From the IMG/VR virus record IMGVR_UViG_3300031673_009818, positions 1-56,899 of that record: 56,899 nt of DNA. One strand, given 5' to 3'. Source of the stretch: a virus. Lineage: Duplodnaviria; Caudoviricetes. Positions 37,473 through 46,700 of the stretch are shown here, in pieces. The translations under genes were made by a program, and so were the position numbers. The notes below the pieces were generated by a model. That model saw only the letters and a program-made list of their open reading frames with translations. It did no database searches and was not told the DNA's origin. Within the stretch, counting starts at the first letter, position 1, and each line of letters opens with the position of its first letter.

Positions 37473-37880
37473 TTAAGAAATTATCCAATCTTTTGCCGAT
37501 GCAAATTTTAATTCGATCGTTCCAGTTCCGTTATAAATCGGGGCGCCCACAAAAATTCCTGTATTTGAATAAATGCTGCCGTCAGTCATAACGCAATTAG
37601 CTGGAATTTCAGCATCATCGCTAAACCTTGCAGCATCAATTGCACTTTTAATAAATGCCTGGTCTTCATCTTTATAAGCAAAAACACCCTGTATATATGA
37701 CCTTGTGGGCATAACATTTAATATCATTTGACCGTCATTTGTCAACCCATCATCTGCATCCTCTACTTCTGATGTAAAAGGCTTTATTTCAGGATCTTCG
37801 CCTGCCTTACCGGATAGAACCACCTCCCCGCGCGGAGTGGTGATAAACATCGTTTGAATTTTTTTTGTTTTAAATCCCAT
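37473..37880 (-). CDS. Tail tube protein
   Basis: 135 aa directly after sheath; MTDGSIYSNTG..VG. Confidence 0.7.
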   Translation of the reverse strand: MGFKTKKIQTMFITTPRGEVVLSGKAGEDPEIKPFTSEVEDADDGLTNDGQMILNVMPTRSYIQGVFAYKDEDQAFIKSAIDAARFSDDAEIPANCVMTDGSIYSNTGIFVGAPIYNGTGTIELKFASAKDWIIS

Positions 37881-37892
37881 TTTTTCTATTTT

Positions 37893-39398
37893 TTATCCGT
37901 AAAATTTATTAACCGAAATTTCATTTGCAATAATCCGCAACAATGAAGTTATTAGATTTGGCGAAAGTACATCAAATCGACCTGCGTTTGATGGATTAAT
38001 CCCAACATCCAAATTATTTTGTGCATATTCAAAATCAGCAATGTAACCATATTCTGTAAATGGTTTTATGATTTCGTTCAAAATACCCGCCTTATACAGA
38101 TCAGGACTCGTGATCCTTACGCTAGGCAGGGCGTTTGGTGCTATTGTTTTGTTTTTTTGTTTATCGTTAAATTTCTTAAATTGATCCAATATGTTGAAAA
38201 TAATCATATTGTCACGAACATATTTAAAAATCGGATCTGTTTCACCTTCTGGCCTATAAGTAGTTATAATGTCTCCTACATAGTAACTGTCATTCTTGAA
38301 ATTGACAGTTGAGCAACCAGCTTTTACAAGTACGTCCCGAAAATCATAATTAATAATTTCGCCTACATTATTGTCCTCTGGCTTAATCGCATAAAGCATT
38401 ACATCATCAAGAATGTCCTGTTTTGGATCACCGCTTGATTTCTTAACGAACATTGCAAGCTGTTCCGCTGCATTTACATAGGTAAAACTTTGACCATTTG
38501 GAACCGGGACATAAACATTTGTATTTTTGTCAAGCCTTGTATCGGTAATGGCTATTAGTGGGGCTGATTCATCTTCGAGCGTGCCTGTCCAGGCAACAAA
38601 TGGAGTCATATTTTCAGGTGCATATTTGCCATTTCCAGCCGCCGGGGTGCCATTAAAATCTTCAAATTCATCTAATATCGCATTTGTAATGCCATTTCCA
38701 AGACAGTTCAAAACATGCGGATACCAGTCATTTTGCATTTTTGCTAATTCAGTTGTTGGAATTACTTGACCAGTACCAGGTGTTTCAACTTCCGCAAATG
38801 TAATACCTACACTATCATTAGAATAGACAGCTATATTTAATTCTGCAGAACTTTGCCCCTTCCATTTGCTGTCAATATCGACAAATGTTGTTGGTGTTAC
38901 TGTTGTAACTTCACAAGGCAAATTAATTGCTGCATTGATTGCATTTTTAATTTTCACCAAAACTTCGGCCAGAGTATCGTCTTTTACTAGCGAAATAGCA
39001 AGCTTTTCACCATTAATATTCAATACCAATGTGCCTGTAGTTGTGACAGTTGCACCCGTTCCAGTTAACGCCCAGCTCGTAATTGTGCCAGCAACATCTT
39101 CGGGAACAAAGAAAAATTTAACCTCAACATCAACACTTAAATTATCAAAAAACATCACGGCTGCCTGATGTGAAGGACTACCATAACCAGCTACTTCAGC
39201 AACTGCTTTTGAAGTCAAGGGCACCAAAACACCCCCATCTTGTGCTATCTCAGTTTGCATATCTGCATTTCCTTCTGAAAAAACAGCTATTTTTTGCTCC
39301 AATAGTGGAGCTAATCCAACGGCTGCACCTAATCCAACTTTATAAAATGATCCCGAAGCTTGAGCATTCGGCTTAATTGCACTTGCTGTATTTCCCAT
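37893..39398 (-). CDS. Contractile tail sheath protein (Mu gpL-like)
   Basis: GYGSPSH; SKWKG; LVKAGCST; IITTY; NAGRFDV. Confidence 0.85.
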   Translation of the reverse strand: MGNTASAIKPNAQASGSFYKVGLGAAVGLAPLLEQKIAVFSEGNADMQTEIAQDGGVLVPLTSKAVAEVAGYGSPSHQAAVMFFDNLSVDVEVKFFFVPEDVAGTITSWALTGTGATVTTTGTLVLNINGEKLAISLVKDDTLAEVLVKIKNAINAAINLPCEVTTVTPTTFVDIDSKWKGQSSAELNIAVYSNDSVGITFAEVETPGTGQVIPTTELAKMQNDWYPHVLNCLGNGITNAILDEFEDFNGTPAAGNGKYAPENMTPFVAWTGTLEDESAPLIAITDTRLDKNTNVYVPVPNGQSFTYVNAAEQLAMFVKKSSGDPKQDILDDVMLYAIKPEDNNVGEIINYDFRDVLVKAGCSTVNFKNDSYYVGDIITTYRPEGETDPIFKYVRDNMIIFNILDQFKKFNDKQKNKTIAPNALPSVRITSPDLYKAGILNEIIKPFTEYGYIADFEYAQNNLDVGINPSNAGRFDVLSPNLITSLLRIIANEISVNKFYG

Positions 39399-40012
39399 TA
39401 TAAATTTGTTTTTTGAATAACTTCTATTTCGTTAACACCCAATTTATGGGTAGTATTTATTTCAGTTAAAGGTTCGTGTGTATTGAATTTTGCAACTTCT
39501 GCAATTTCGCAAACTAAAGTCAAATTTCCATACACTATATTTTTATCGTTCATTGTTTTCGAAACCTCAAATTCTGTTGATATTGCAGAAACTTTGTAAG
39601 TTCCACTATCAGAAATAATATTATTATCATCTACTTTATAATTAAACAAGTAGTTTTTAACATCCATATCATTCAAAATAATATATGCAGCATCACAAAT
39701 TTTTCTTAAATTTTCAAGTCCATTGGCTAAAATTCCAATAATAAAAATATTTAAATTATTATCTTGCCCGTGAAATTGATTTTCTGAATTGGTTGATTTT
39801 GCTTTTATTACCGAGCAAAAAGCCGGGTTTATTTCTTTATCTGAAATTGGATTGAGTAAATAAGAATCTGTTTTTACAGCTAATGGCAAAAATGTTTTTG
39901 CAAAATTAGTTCTTTGATTTAAAAATTCGGCTTGTAATATTTCACGGATAAGTTCTAAAAATAGTGTACTATTTAAATCATAAATCGAATATGTGATTAA
40001 AGAATTATACAC
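39398..40012 (-). CDS. Probable tail terminator/neck protein
   Basis: Synteny upstream of sheath. Confidence 0.5.
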   Translation of the reverse strand: MYNSLITYSIYDLNSTLFLELIREILQAEFLNQRTNFAKTFLPLAVKTDSYLLNPISDKEINPAFCSVIKAKSTNSENQFHGQDNNLNIFIIGILANGLENLRKICDAAYIILNDMDVKNYLFNYKVDDNNIISDSGTYKVSAISTEFEVSKTMNDKNIVYGNLTLVCEIAEVAKFNTHEPLTEINTTHKLGVNEIEVIQKTNL

Positions 40013-40367
40013 TATTATCTTCTTTTAGTTCGCAAAAAATAGCATTTACATTACTATTATACATTGAATTTTCTATAAAATAACACTTAGTTCCAACATT
40101 ATCGGTAATTTCAACAAAATAAGCTTTCAATGAAAAATAAGAAGCCATGAAAGTTAATTCATCCATTGATAATGTAAGCAAACTTTTATGACCTTGATAA
40201 AAAACCTGTTTATTTTCATTTTCAACTAACTGAGGTTTCTTGTCATAAGTACCCCGACCTTCAAAAACTAACGAACCACCTTTATAATCATACAATTTGA
40301 CTTCTGAATTGAATAAGTCTTCATTATTCAAAAATTCTTTGAAGTCATCCTGTATTACTTTATTCAT
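40005..40367 (-). CDS. Probable head-tail joining protein
   Basis: Size and synteny. Confidence 0.5.
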   Translation of the reverse strand: MNKVIQDDFKEFLNNEDLFNSEVKLYDYKGGSLVFEGRGTYDKKPQLVENENKQVFYQGHKSLLTLSMDELTFMASYFSLKAYFVEITDNVGTKCYFIENSMYNSNVNAIFCELKEDNSV

Positions 40368-40606
40368 TAATATTTACCTTCTTTAATCCAATTATTTTTA
40401 AGCCAAACATTAAGTTCATTATGATACTTACCCATTACCTTTTTTGAAATAACTGGCTTTTTTTCAGCATAAAAATGACTTTTTTTGTTATATCCCCAAG
40501 ATAGGTGGGTTACATTCATGATATATGTAACTTCACCTATTTCTTTGACCTCTTTTTTATTTTCAACTGGTTTTTTAACCTGTTTTTCTTCTTTTTTTTC
40601 TTCCAT
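40367..40606 (-). CDS. Hypothetical protein (gpFI position)
   Basis: Follows capsid gene. Confidence 0.5.
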   Translation of the reverse strand: MEEKKEEKQVKKPVENKKEVKEIGEVTYIMNVTHLSWGYNKKSHFYAEKKPVISKKVMGKYHNELNVWLKNNWIKEGKY

Positions 40607-40610
40607 AATA

Positions 40611-41753
40611 TTATGAGTTTACGATTGCTGCATAAGTTTTGTTAGGGGTTAACATTTGTGTTAGGAATTTACGATAAATACCCATCACAAAGGCCCTGGA
40701 AGTTACCTTGTTCCATTCAGGAGTAATTAACCAACCCCTCATTGAAGGAACAGCGGCTAACAATCTACGCATTTGAGAAGATTGAGCGATTAAATCGTTC
40801 ATGGTTATGATTTCAACCGGCTGTCTTTGTAAAACATTACCAGTTGCAATAACCCATACTTGATCTGTAGTAACCCACTGTTCTGGATCGCCAGCATCAT
40901 TGGTAAATGTCTGATTATAAGTAAAAATGTGATAAATACCAACAGCTCCCTTTTGGACTGATTCACGATAAGTTGCGCCTTTTGGAATATTTTTATTCAT
41001 GCTTGAAGATACATCTCTCACACGCTCAACCCTGTAATTTCTTCTTTGATTTGAATCATCCTTATAATCATCTGAATTAACATAAGCTTTGTAAGATGAA
41101 CGACTCATTAGAATAATAAACTCATCATCCCCACAATTACCCCTGTCAGATACTTGTTCACACCAACGATCCATATCTTGATATGGTTTCATAGTTGATG
41201 CATTTGCAATTATCCATTTTAAATTAGCGGTTGTAATCGTTTCGCTATTGGAAGCATCCCTACCAAAATCGATAGTTTGATAATTATCAAATTGGATGGT
41301 GCCAGTTTTCAAAATTTGCTGAACATGGCTATCAGCCGCACGCTTAATCATTTCAATGCATAAATTTGATGCATTTCTGGTACGCTCAACCAATACCGGT
41401 GCCTGGCTTCTTTGCACAGTCATTGTTTTAAAATTCACCATGTATTCCTGATTTTGAATCAGGTCATTTGTATTAATTGAAAAACCGTTGCCATATTCAG
41501 GAGCCGTGAAAAGTTCATCCGTGAATTTGGTATCTTTGATTAAAGTAGCCTCCGAACTTTCCGCTATATCTTTTGCAACGGGTCGGAAATAAACCTTCCC
41601 CATTACCCTTATTTTTGGCTCTTTCTGAGGCGGAGCTTCAACTGCCATTCCTGACAAACCATGATCTTCTTTATAAACATCTGGAACATATGTGATTAAT
41701 CCCGAAATTAGATTGGGAATTAATTCTTGTATTGAAAAACTTTGTACTGGCAT
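40611..41753 (-). CDS. Major capsid protein (lambda gpE family)
   Basis: QILKTGTI...IDFGRDASN...W...P..D; follows decoration protein. Confidence 0.85.
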   Translation of the reverse strand: MPVQSFSIQELIPNLISGLITYVPDVYKEDHGLSGMAVEAPPQKEPKIRVMGKVYFRPVAKDIAESSEATLIKDTKFTDELFTAPEYGNGFSINTNDLIQNQEYMVNFKTMTVQRSQAPVLVERTRNASNLCIEMIKRAADSHVQQILKTGTIQFDNYQTIDFGRDASNSETITTANLKWIIANASTMKPYQDMDRWCEQVSDRGNCGDDEFIILMSRSSYKAYVNSDDYKDDSNQRRNYRVERVRDVSSSMNKNIPKGATYRESVQKGAVGIYHIFTYNQTFTNDAGDPEQWVTTDQVWVIATGNVLQRQPVEIITMNDLIAQSSQMRRLLAAVPSMRGWLITPEWNKVTSRAFVMGIYRKFLTQMLTPNKTYAAIVNS

Positions 41754-41771
41754 CTTTTTAAATTTTTAAGA

Positions 41772-42251
41772 TTAAACTTGTGCATCTTTGAAATCAGATA
41801 AATTCTGAGCGGATGGCTCTATTTTTACAACTGTATAAGCAACAATAGCACTTCCAATACTAACGCCCAAGGTAGTAATTACAGTTTCTAAAGTTTCAGC
41901 CCCATTTAAAACTATTTTATCTTCAAAAATAGATGATTGATCATCACCAACACCAACTAATGCCTCAACTTCTTCGGCTGCACCAGCTGGAATAACAGTA
42001 TCATAAAGCAAAAATCCATATGGAATTTCAGATCCATCAGCGGCAGCCGCAACAACCTCTTGAGCTATTGTTTGATCTGCGGTTGTTAATCCAACTAATG
42101 TACCTGCTAAAATAGTTCTTTCACTCGCTGTTCCGTTAACAAAAGTTTTGAGTTTTTGTTGATTTGGAAAATTCAAAAAAGTCTTATCAACTGTATAATC
42201 ATTTCTTACATGATTAGACAAATCTGGATTTGTATTTACGGTTATTCTCAT
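41772..42251 (-). CDS. Head decoration protein (gpD-like)
   Basis: ILAGTLVG...AADGSEIPYGFL. Confidence 0.75.
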   Translation of the reverse strand: MRITVNTNPDLSNHVRNDYTVDKTFLNFPNQQKLKTFVNGTASERTILAGTLVGLTTADQTIAQEVVAAAADGSEIPYGFLLYDTVIPAGAAEEVEALVGVGDDQSSIFEDKIVLNGAETLETVITTLGVSIGSAIVAYTVVKIEPSAQNLSDFKDAQV

Positions 42252-42253
42252 GA

Positions 42254-43228
42254 TTATTTATTTTTTTCGATTATATCATTAACTCCGGTAATTTCATCCA
42301 ATTCAGACAAAGCATCTTCTTTTTCCTTATTTTCTTTGCTAACTGTCTGCTTTGCAGGAATAATAGCATCTTCACTTCCAGCTTCTAAATCATCAACTTT
42401 TTTAGTGTTGAATTTCTTTTCCATGAAATACTCAACATCTTTGATGTTTAACTTTTCGCCTGATTTAATAAGCTCATTTGCTTTTTCAAGGTCATATTTT
42501 CCATAATCCATTATTTCAGCAACTCTTTCTTTTTCAGATGTTTTTCCAAGTGCCAAAATTGAATTATAAACCTCTGGATTTCCAGTCAATAATTGACTAG
42601 CTGTAATATCTTTTATATCCATATCATTTTTTGTTTTTACGTTATCTTGTTTTTTTAATCCGTATTTTTCAGCTATATGTTGCGGTATTTGATAGCCTAT
42701 TTCATTTGTGGTCAGTAATGTGTTTGATTTTCCATCTAAAAGGTCATAAACTTCATCAAATAAGCCAAAATGTTTGGCATCTTTTCCGGTGAACCAAACA
42801 TTTACTATATTTTCGCCTTCGGCCAGCATGACAGTTTTTAAATTATGTCCTGTCCTTTTCTGAAACTTTTCTTCATCGATTTTTTTTGCGAGTGCATTAT
42901 AAAGGAATTCATTTGTATGCTTCATTTTAGCATCCCCACCGCCACTTGCAGCATGTAACATTACATCACTTTGAGCGGCCCCCCTCACTTTATCAAAAAA
43001 TGGCAACATGACAGTGCCCATTGAAGCAACTATTCCGGTTACATTTGCCGTTAATTCATTTTCTTTATTATTCAAAAAATCAACAAATTGTTGACCTGCC
43101 CAAACGGAACCGCCCATGCTGTTCCATGAAATTTCAGCATCCTCACCAACTGATTCAATTTCTTTAATCAATTCGTTAATCGAATATGAACCTATGTAAT
43201 ACGGTAAGTCTGTATTTATTTTTTTCAT
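42254..43228 (-). CDS. Clp-type prohead protease/scaffold
   Basis: NSMGGSV; GIVASMG; MLH; WFTGKDAKHFGLFDEV; ATG 43228 preferred. Confidence 0.85.
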   Translation of the reverse strand: MKKINTDLPYYIGSYSINELIKEIESVGEDAEISWNSMGGSVWAGQQFVDFLNNKENELTANVTGIVASMGTVMLPFFDKVRGAAQSDVMLHAASGGGDAKMKHTNEFLYNALAKKIDEEKFQKRTGHNLKTVMLAEGENIVNVWFTGKDAKHFGLFDEVYDLLDGKSNTLLTTNEIGYQIPQHIAEKYGLKKQDNVKTKNDMDIKDITASQLLTGNPEVYNSILALGKTSEKERVAEIMDYGKYDLEKANELIKSGEKLNIKDVEYFMEKKFNTKKVDDLEAGSEDAIIPAKQTVSKENKEKEDALSELDEITGVNDIIEKNK

Positions 43229-43236
43229 AAGTGTAT

Positions 43237-43269
43237 AAAAAAACCCTTCTCTGAAAATCAAAGAAGGGT
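43237..43269 (-). terminator. Terminator-like hairpin in the leader of the head operon
   Basis: ACCCTTCTTTGA-TTT-TCAGAGAAGGGT-T6, 8 nt before ATG. Confidence 0.7.
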
Positions 43270-43298
43270 GAACCTCGCTACATGAATTTAATTAAACG

Positions 43299-43329
43299 CT
43301 AAATTACAACTATTTTATTAATTAGCAAA
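43299..43329 (-). promoter_or_regulatory. Putative head-operon promoter
   Basis: TTTG-N19-TAATTTAG (one mismatch). Confidence 0.55.
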
Positions 43330-43368
43330 AAAATAGTAAATTATTTAAAATAACAACTCACAATATAC

Positions 43369-43529
43369 TGATAATTAGATTGTTACATCCATGTATCAAC
43401 AAAGAAACAACTAATAACAACTAATATCAATTAATGTTCTGACAATCAACATATTACATGTCTGTTAGAATGCAATGTAATATTTTTACTGTATAATTGT
43501 ACATTATATTGCAAGGAAATTGAGTTAAA
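43369..43529 (+). repeat. Dispersed 161-bp element, copy 4
   Basis: Gapless alignment; same orientation as copies 1-3 although flanking genes are - strand. Confidence 0.88.
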
Positions 43530-43683
43530 CATCTAATAATTGCGGTTCGGGCAAATTTTCTTTCTCCACCACAACCACCATCTTTTTACACTTAGGACAA
43601 ATTTTCCTAATCACCCCTACAAACTCACCTTCAAATAAAATAGGCTGCCTACACTCACTATTGTCACATCGGTATTTTTTCAT
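43525..43683 (-). CDS. Mu Com-like zinc-ribbon protein
   Basis: YRCDNSECRQPILFEGEFVGVIRKICPKCKK. Confidence 0.65.
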   Translation of the reverse strand: MKKYRCDNSECRQPILFEGEFVGVIRKICPKCKKMVVVVEKENLPEPQLLDV

Positions 43684-45334
43684 CTTTTTCCGGATGTAAA
43701 TCTTTTGGAATTTGACTTGCTTCATTGGCAACCTGGGTTAAGACACCTTCATAGTCACCTCCACTAACAGCATTTATAATATTTTCGAAAGTATTATAAG
43801 GTATTAATTCCCTATACTTTTCAGGTACCTGCTCTTTAAGTGATTTGATAAATTTTAGTGGATCTATTGGTTTTAATTTTGTTCCTTCAAAAGAACTATT
43901 GGTAATTGCCTGAATTGTAATAATATCATCATCATTGTAAGCTTTCAATAATGGCGGGCAATCAATACCTCCTTTTAAAACTTGCAAATAAATAAACATA
44001 TCGAACACCTTCTTATATAACTGATTTGCTGGTATTAATTCGGTCAAAACATCTAAAACAAACTGAAAGTCAGACCTTGCACCCATCGAAGCCGTATAAT
44101 TTGAATTATAAGAACTAATTAAAACTTCATAAGGCTGGCCAATTGCAGCGGATAAGGTTTGCATTGTGCTTTTTAAATAATCGCCCTGGTCGCTTTGCGA
44201 ATTTGGGTTTAAAATTTTCGCTTTGACCCCTTTTGGCAGGTCCATTACAATACCATTTCCATTGAGCTTAAATTCGGCTGCATTTGCACTCATAGCAACC
44301 TCTGCGTCAGTTGCACATTCTGCACTTTCGAGAGGTGCACCCATATTTAAAGAGCTTAACGAATTATCATTAAATACTTTCTCAACTGTACTGTTTTGAT
44401 CTTTTTCATAAGCAAAAACCATTTGTGAAAGTAATTGGGCGTTTTTTGAATTGGCAATCAAATAATCATTGACATGTTTCAGTGTTTCAAAAATATGACT
44501 AATCAAAGGCATCGAACGGGTTTCGCCTTGCTTTTGCAAATCAGATTGCTTATACAACCAAGCAGACCTTATTTTTGTTCCAGGAAAAAAAGCACTTATT
44601 CGCTTTGTACCAAAATCTAAATTTTTAGGTTCCGGAGTGAAAACACCGTTTGAAATATCAGTTTGGATTAAAATATGATAGGCAACTACTTCGTTCTTAT
44701 CATTAAATTCCACACCTTCATTAACACTATTTCCTTTTTGCACCTCATCATTGGTAAGTATAGGATTAGTTACGCATTGACCACTTATAACCTGAATGTT
44801 TGGAAATCCGTTTTTAATTCTCATCAATAAAAGTACATCACCATCACCACAAGCATTGAAATCTGTATGCCTTGATATTTCATGCAAATTTTTTTCACCT
44901 GAATAATCAGAAAGTAATGTTTTTGCAAAATTCCTAAATAAATATTCGGTGTCCTGTATAAATTTTCTTTGTTTTTCTTTTCCAATTTCTTCACTGCCAT
45001 AATAATCAATAAATGGTTTCTCAAAAGGCCTGGAATTAAAAAGTAAACCGGAACCTATTTGCCAGTTGACCCTTTTTTGAACCATCAAACCTGCAAGGTG
45101 GTTTTTTAGTAGAAATTCCCAACTTCGAACCCTTAACTGTTCATAATCAATTATTATTTCTTTAGGAACTCCAAGTTCATTAATTGTATTTTCACCAGTA
45201 AATAATTGATAATTAATAGCATATCTACCCAATAAATTAGTCAATTCAGCATTTTCAGAACTTAATTTATGTGTTTTTTCCTGCAAATCTTGATTTACCG
45301 ATGATATTTTTTCGATTGTTTTTTTACCAAACAT
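43664..45334 (-). CDS. Portal protein (lambda family)
   Basis: LRVRS..L..N; IGSGL; DGDVL; EGVEFN; GETRSMP; IGQPYEVL; NYTAS. Confidence 0.88.
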   Translation of the reverse strand: MFGKKTIEKISSVNQDLQEKTHKLSSENAELTNLLGRYAINYQLFTGENTINELGVPKEIIIDYEQLRVRSWEFLLKNHLAGLMVQKRVNWQIGSGLLFNSRPFEKPFIDYYGSEEIGKEKQRKFIQDTEYLFRNFAKTLLSDYSGEKNLHEISRHTDFNACGDGDVLLLMRIKNGFPNIQVISGQCVTNPILTNDEVQKGNSVNEGVEFNDKNEVVAYHILIQTDISNGVFTPEPKNLDFGTKRISAFFPGTKIRSAWLYKQSDLQKQGETRSMPLISHIFETLKHVNDYLIANSKNAQLLSQMVFAYEKDQNSTVEKVFNDNSLSSLNMGAPLESAECATDAEVAMSANAAEFKLNGNGIVMDLPKGVKAKILNPNSQSDQGDYLKSTMQTLSAAIGQPYEVLISSYNSNYTASMGARSDFQFVLDVLTELIPANQLYKKVFDMFIYLQVLKGGIDCPPLLKAYNDDDIITIQAITNSSFEGTKLKPIDPLKFIKSLKEQVPEKYRELIPYNTFENIINAVSGGDYEGVLTQVANEASQIPKDLHPEKDEKIPM

Positions 45335-45335
45335 A

Positions 45336-45590
45336 TTAACAGTTTTTTACTTTTATAAAATAACCCCTGCCTAATTTTGCATCAATGTTTGCAATTTGCT
45401 CATTTATGTATTTCTTCATTTTAATTAATTCGTCAAGTGACTGGGTTTCTGCCTGATGAGTTGTTTCCTGATTTGAATAGGTGTATCTTTTGTTTTTTTG
45501 CTTAATTATGGCTAATATTTGAGCATTTATTGCAGATAATTGCTCAACCAAATCAGCCCTTTCTTGTGTTAATTCCTCAGTTGTTGCCAT
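45336..45590 (-). CDS. Head completion protein (gpW-like)
   Basis: Small helix-hairpin-helix ORF directly before portal. Confidence 0.65.
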   Translation of the reverse strand: MATTEELTQERADLVEQLSAINAQILAIIKQKNKRYTYSNQETTHQAETQSLDELIKMKKYINEQIANIDAKLGRGYFIKVKNC

Positions 45591-45605
45591 ATATAATTAT
45601 ATTAA

Positions 45606-45636
45606 TTTACAAATATACAAAAAATTACTATATTTG
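45606..45636. promoter_or_regulatory. Overlapping divergent promoters
   Basis: TATATTTG on - (45617-45610, toward gpW) and on + (45629-45636, with TTTA 19 nt upstream). Confidence 0.7.
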
Positions 45637-45639
45637 TGG

Positions 45640-45697
45640 TTCATAAGATTGTTTTACCATTTATTACCCGGCCCTGTACTCAGCAGGGCTTTTTTTT
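45640..45697 (+). ncRNA. Candidate ~57-nt trans-antisense sRNA (sRNA1)
   Basis: Promoter, then TTCATAAGATTGTTTTACCATTT, then GCCCTG-N7-CAGGGC-T8; seed is the reverse complement of early-gene start regions. Confidence 0.7.
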
Positions 45698-45747
45698 GTT
45701 AAAAAATGTTAAATAGTTACATTGTGTTGTTTTTTGTTGTATCTTTG
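45697..45747 (+). promoter_or_regulatory. Island promoter (copy 1) with direct-repeat motifs
   Basis: TGTTAAA x2, TGTTGT-N4-TGTTGT, TATCTTTG; near-copy at 51360-51411. Confidence 0.75.
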
Positions 45748-45770
45748 TAGTGTAATTAAAAAACAAACTT

Positions 45771-45920
45771 ATGAAAACAAGCAACGAAAAAATAAAGAGC
45801 CTTGATAAGGCAATAAGTAGCATGGCTTTGAGAATTGAAGAAATACAAAAACAAAATGAAAAAATAACCTCGCTAATCAAAAACCAAACCTATGAAACCA
45901 TTAAAAAATTTAAATATTAA
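45771..45920 (+). CDS. 49-aa hypothetical protein
   Basis: First ATG ORF after promoter; a second short ORF follows at 45892-46023. Confidence 0.5.
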   Translation: MKTSNEKIKSLDKAISSMALRIEEIQKQNEKITSLIKNQTYETIKKFKY

Positions 45921-46023
45921 AGAAAAAATGAAGCTTATCGATGAATTAAATCGAAAGCTGAAACATGCACTTTTAGAGTTGATAAGAAAAATAAATGAAA
46001 CAAGTAAATTAATTAAAAAATAA

Positions 46024-46095
46024 CCCACTACTCCAAGGAAACCGATGGGGGCATTAACAAAAAAATAATGGCAGGTTCGATTCCTGATAGTGGGG
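46024..46095 (+). ncRNA. tRNA-like RNA with aberrant anticodon loop
   Basis: CCCACTA/TAGTGGG acceptor; CAGG-TTCGATT-CCTG T-arm; CATTA-ACAAAAAAA-TAATG arm. Confidence 0.55.
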
Positions 46096-46206
46096 CAAAA
46101 TAAAAACCACAGTTTTAACTTTAAAAAATTGAAAGGAGTAGATTTAACAACTAAAAATCACTGATTAAAATTAATCCTGAGTAGTATTAATTTAAAAAAG
46201 TGATAA

Positions 46207-46632
46207 ATGAATAAAGTAATTTATACTGATAAATGGGTAACTATTTATCTGGTAAACGGATTCAATAAATTATGGCTTGAATTTAAATGGAATGACATGA
46301 GTATTCCTCTTGATAACTTAATAGAAGCACACACAAGGGCAATAGAGGTTGCCGTTGCCAATAGCATAAAAACCTTTATGGCTCGTTTAGAAAATACAAA
46401 AAAGGGTACAGAATTATCAGAAGCTTGTCTCACTTGGTGGGGCACGATTTGGGTAAAAGTGCTGGTATCAAAAGGCGTAAAGAGAATTATAAGCATTCAT
46501 AAAAAACAGGACAAAATTGAATGGGCTATGGATAAGCAAAAGGCAAGATCCTGGGAGACACCATCAAAAAATGCAGGAATCGAAGGTTTTGACCTTGATG
46601 ATTACAACGAAAGCTGGAAAGGCATAGTTTAA
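46207..46632 (+). CDS. Hypothetical protein (possible SpoIIAA/STAS-like fold)
   Basis: 141-aa alpha/beta pattern; weak recognition. Confidence 0.55.
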   Translation: MNKVIYTDKWVTIYLVNGFNKLWLEFKWNDMSIPLDNLIEAHTRAIEVAVANSIKTFMARLENTKKGTELSEACLTWWGTIWVKVLVSKGVKRIISIHKKQDKIEWAMDKQKARSWETPSKNAGIEGFDLDDYNESWKGIV

Positions 46633-46700
46633 CTCAAAAACGTAAATAACCAATATAACCTAACCTATTTTTTAAATTTTTAAATTAAATAAAAAAAAGA

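Noticed and set aside
43229-43261. TTG start at 43261 for the protease
   Set aside because: Lies inside the leader hairpin; ATG 43228 is more plausible
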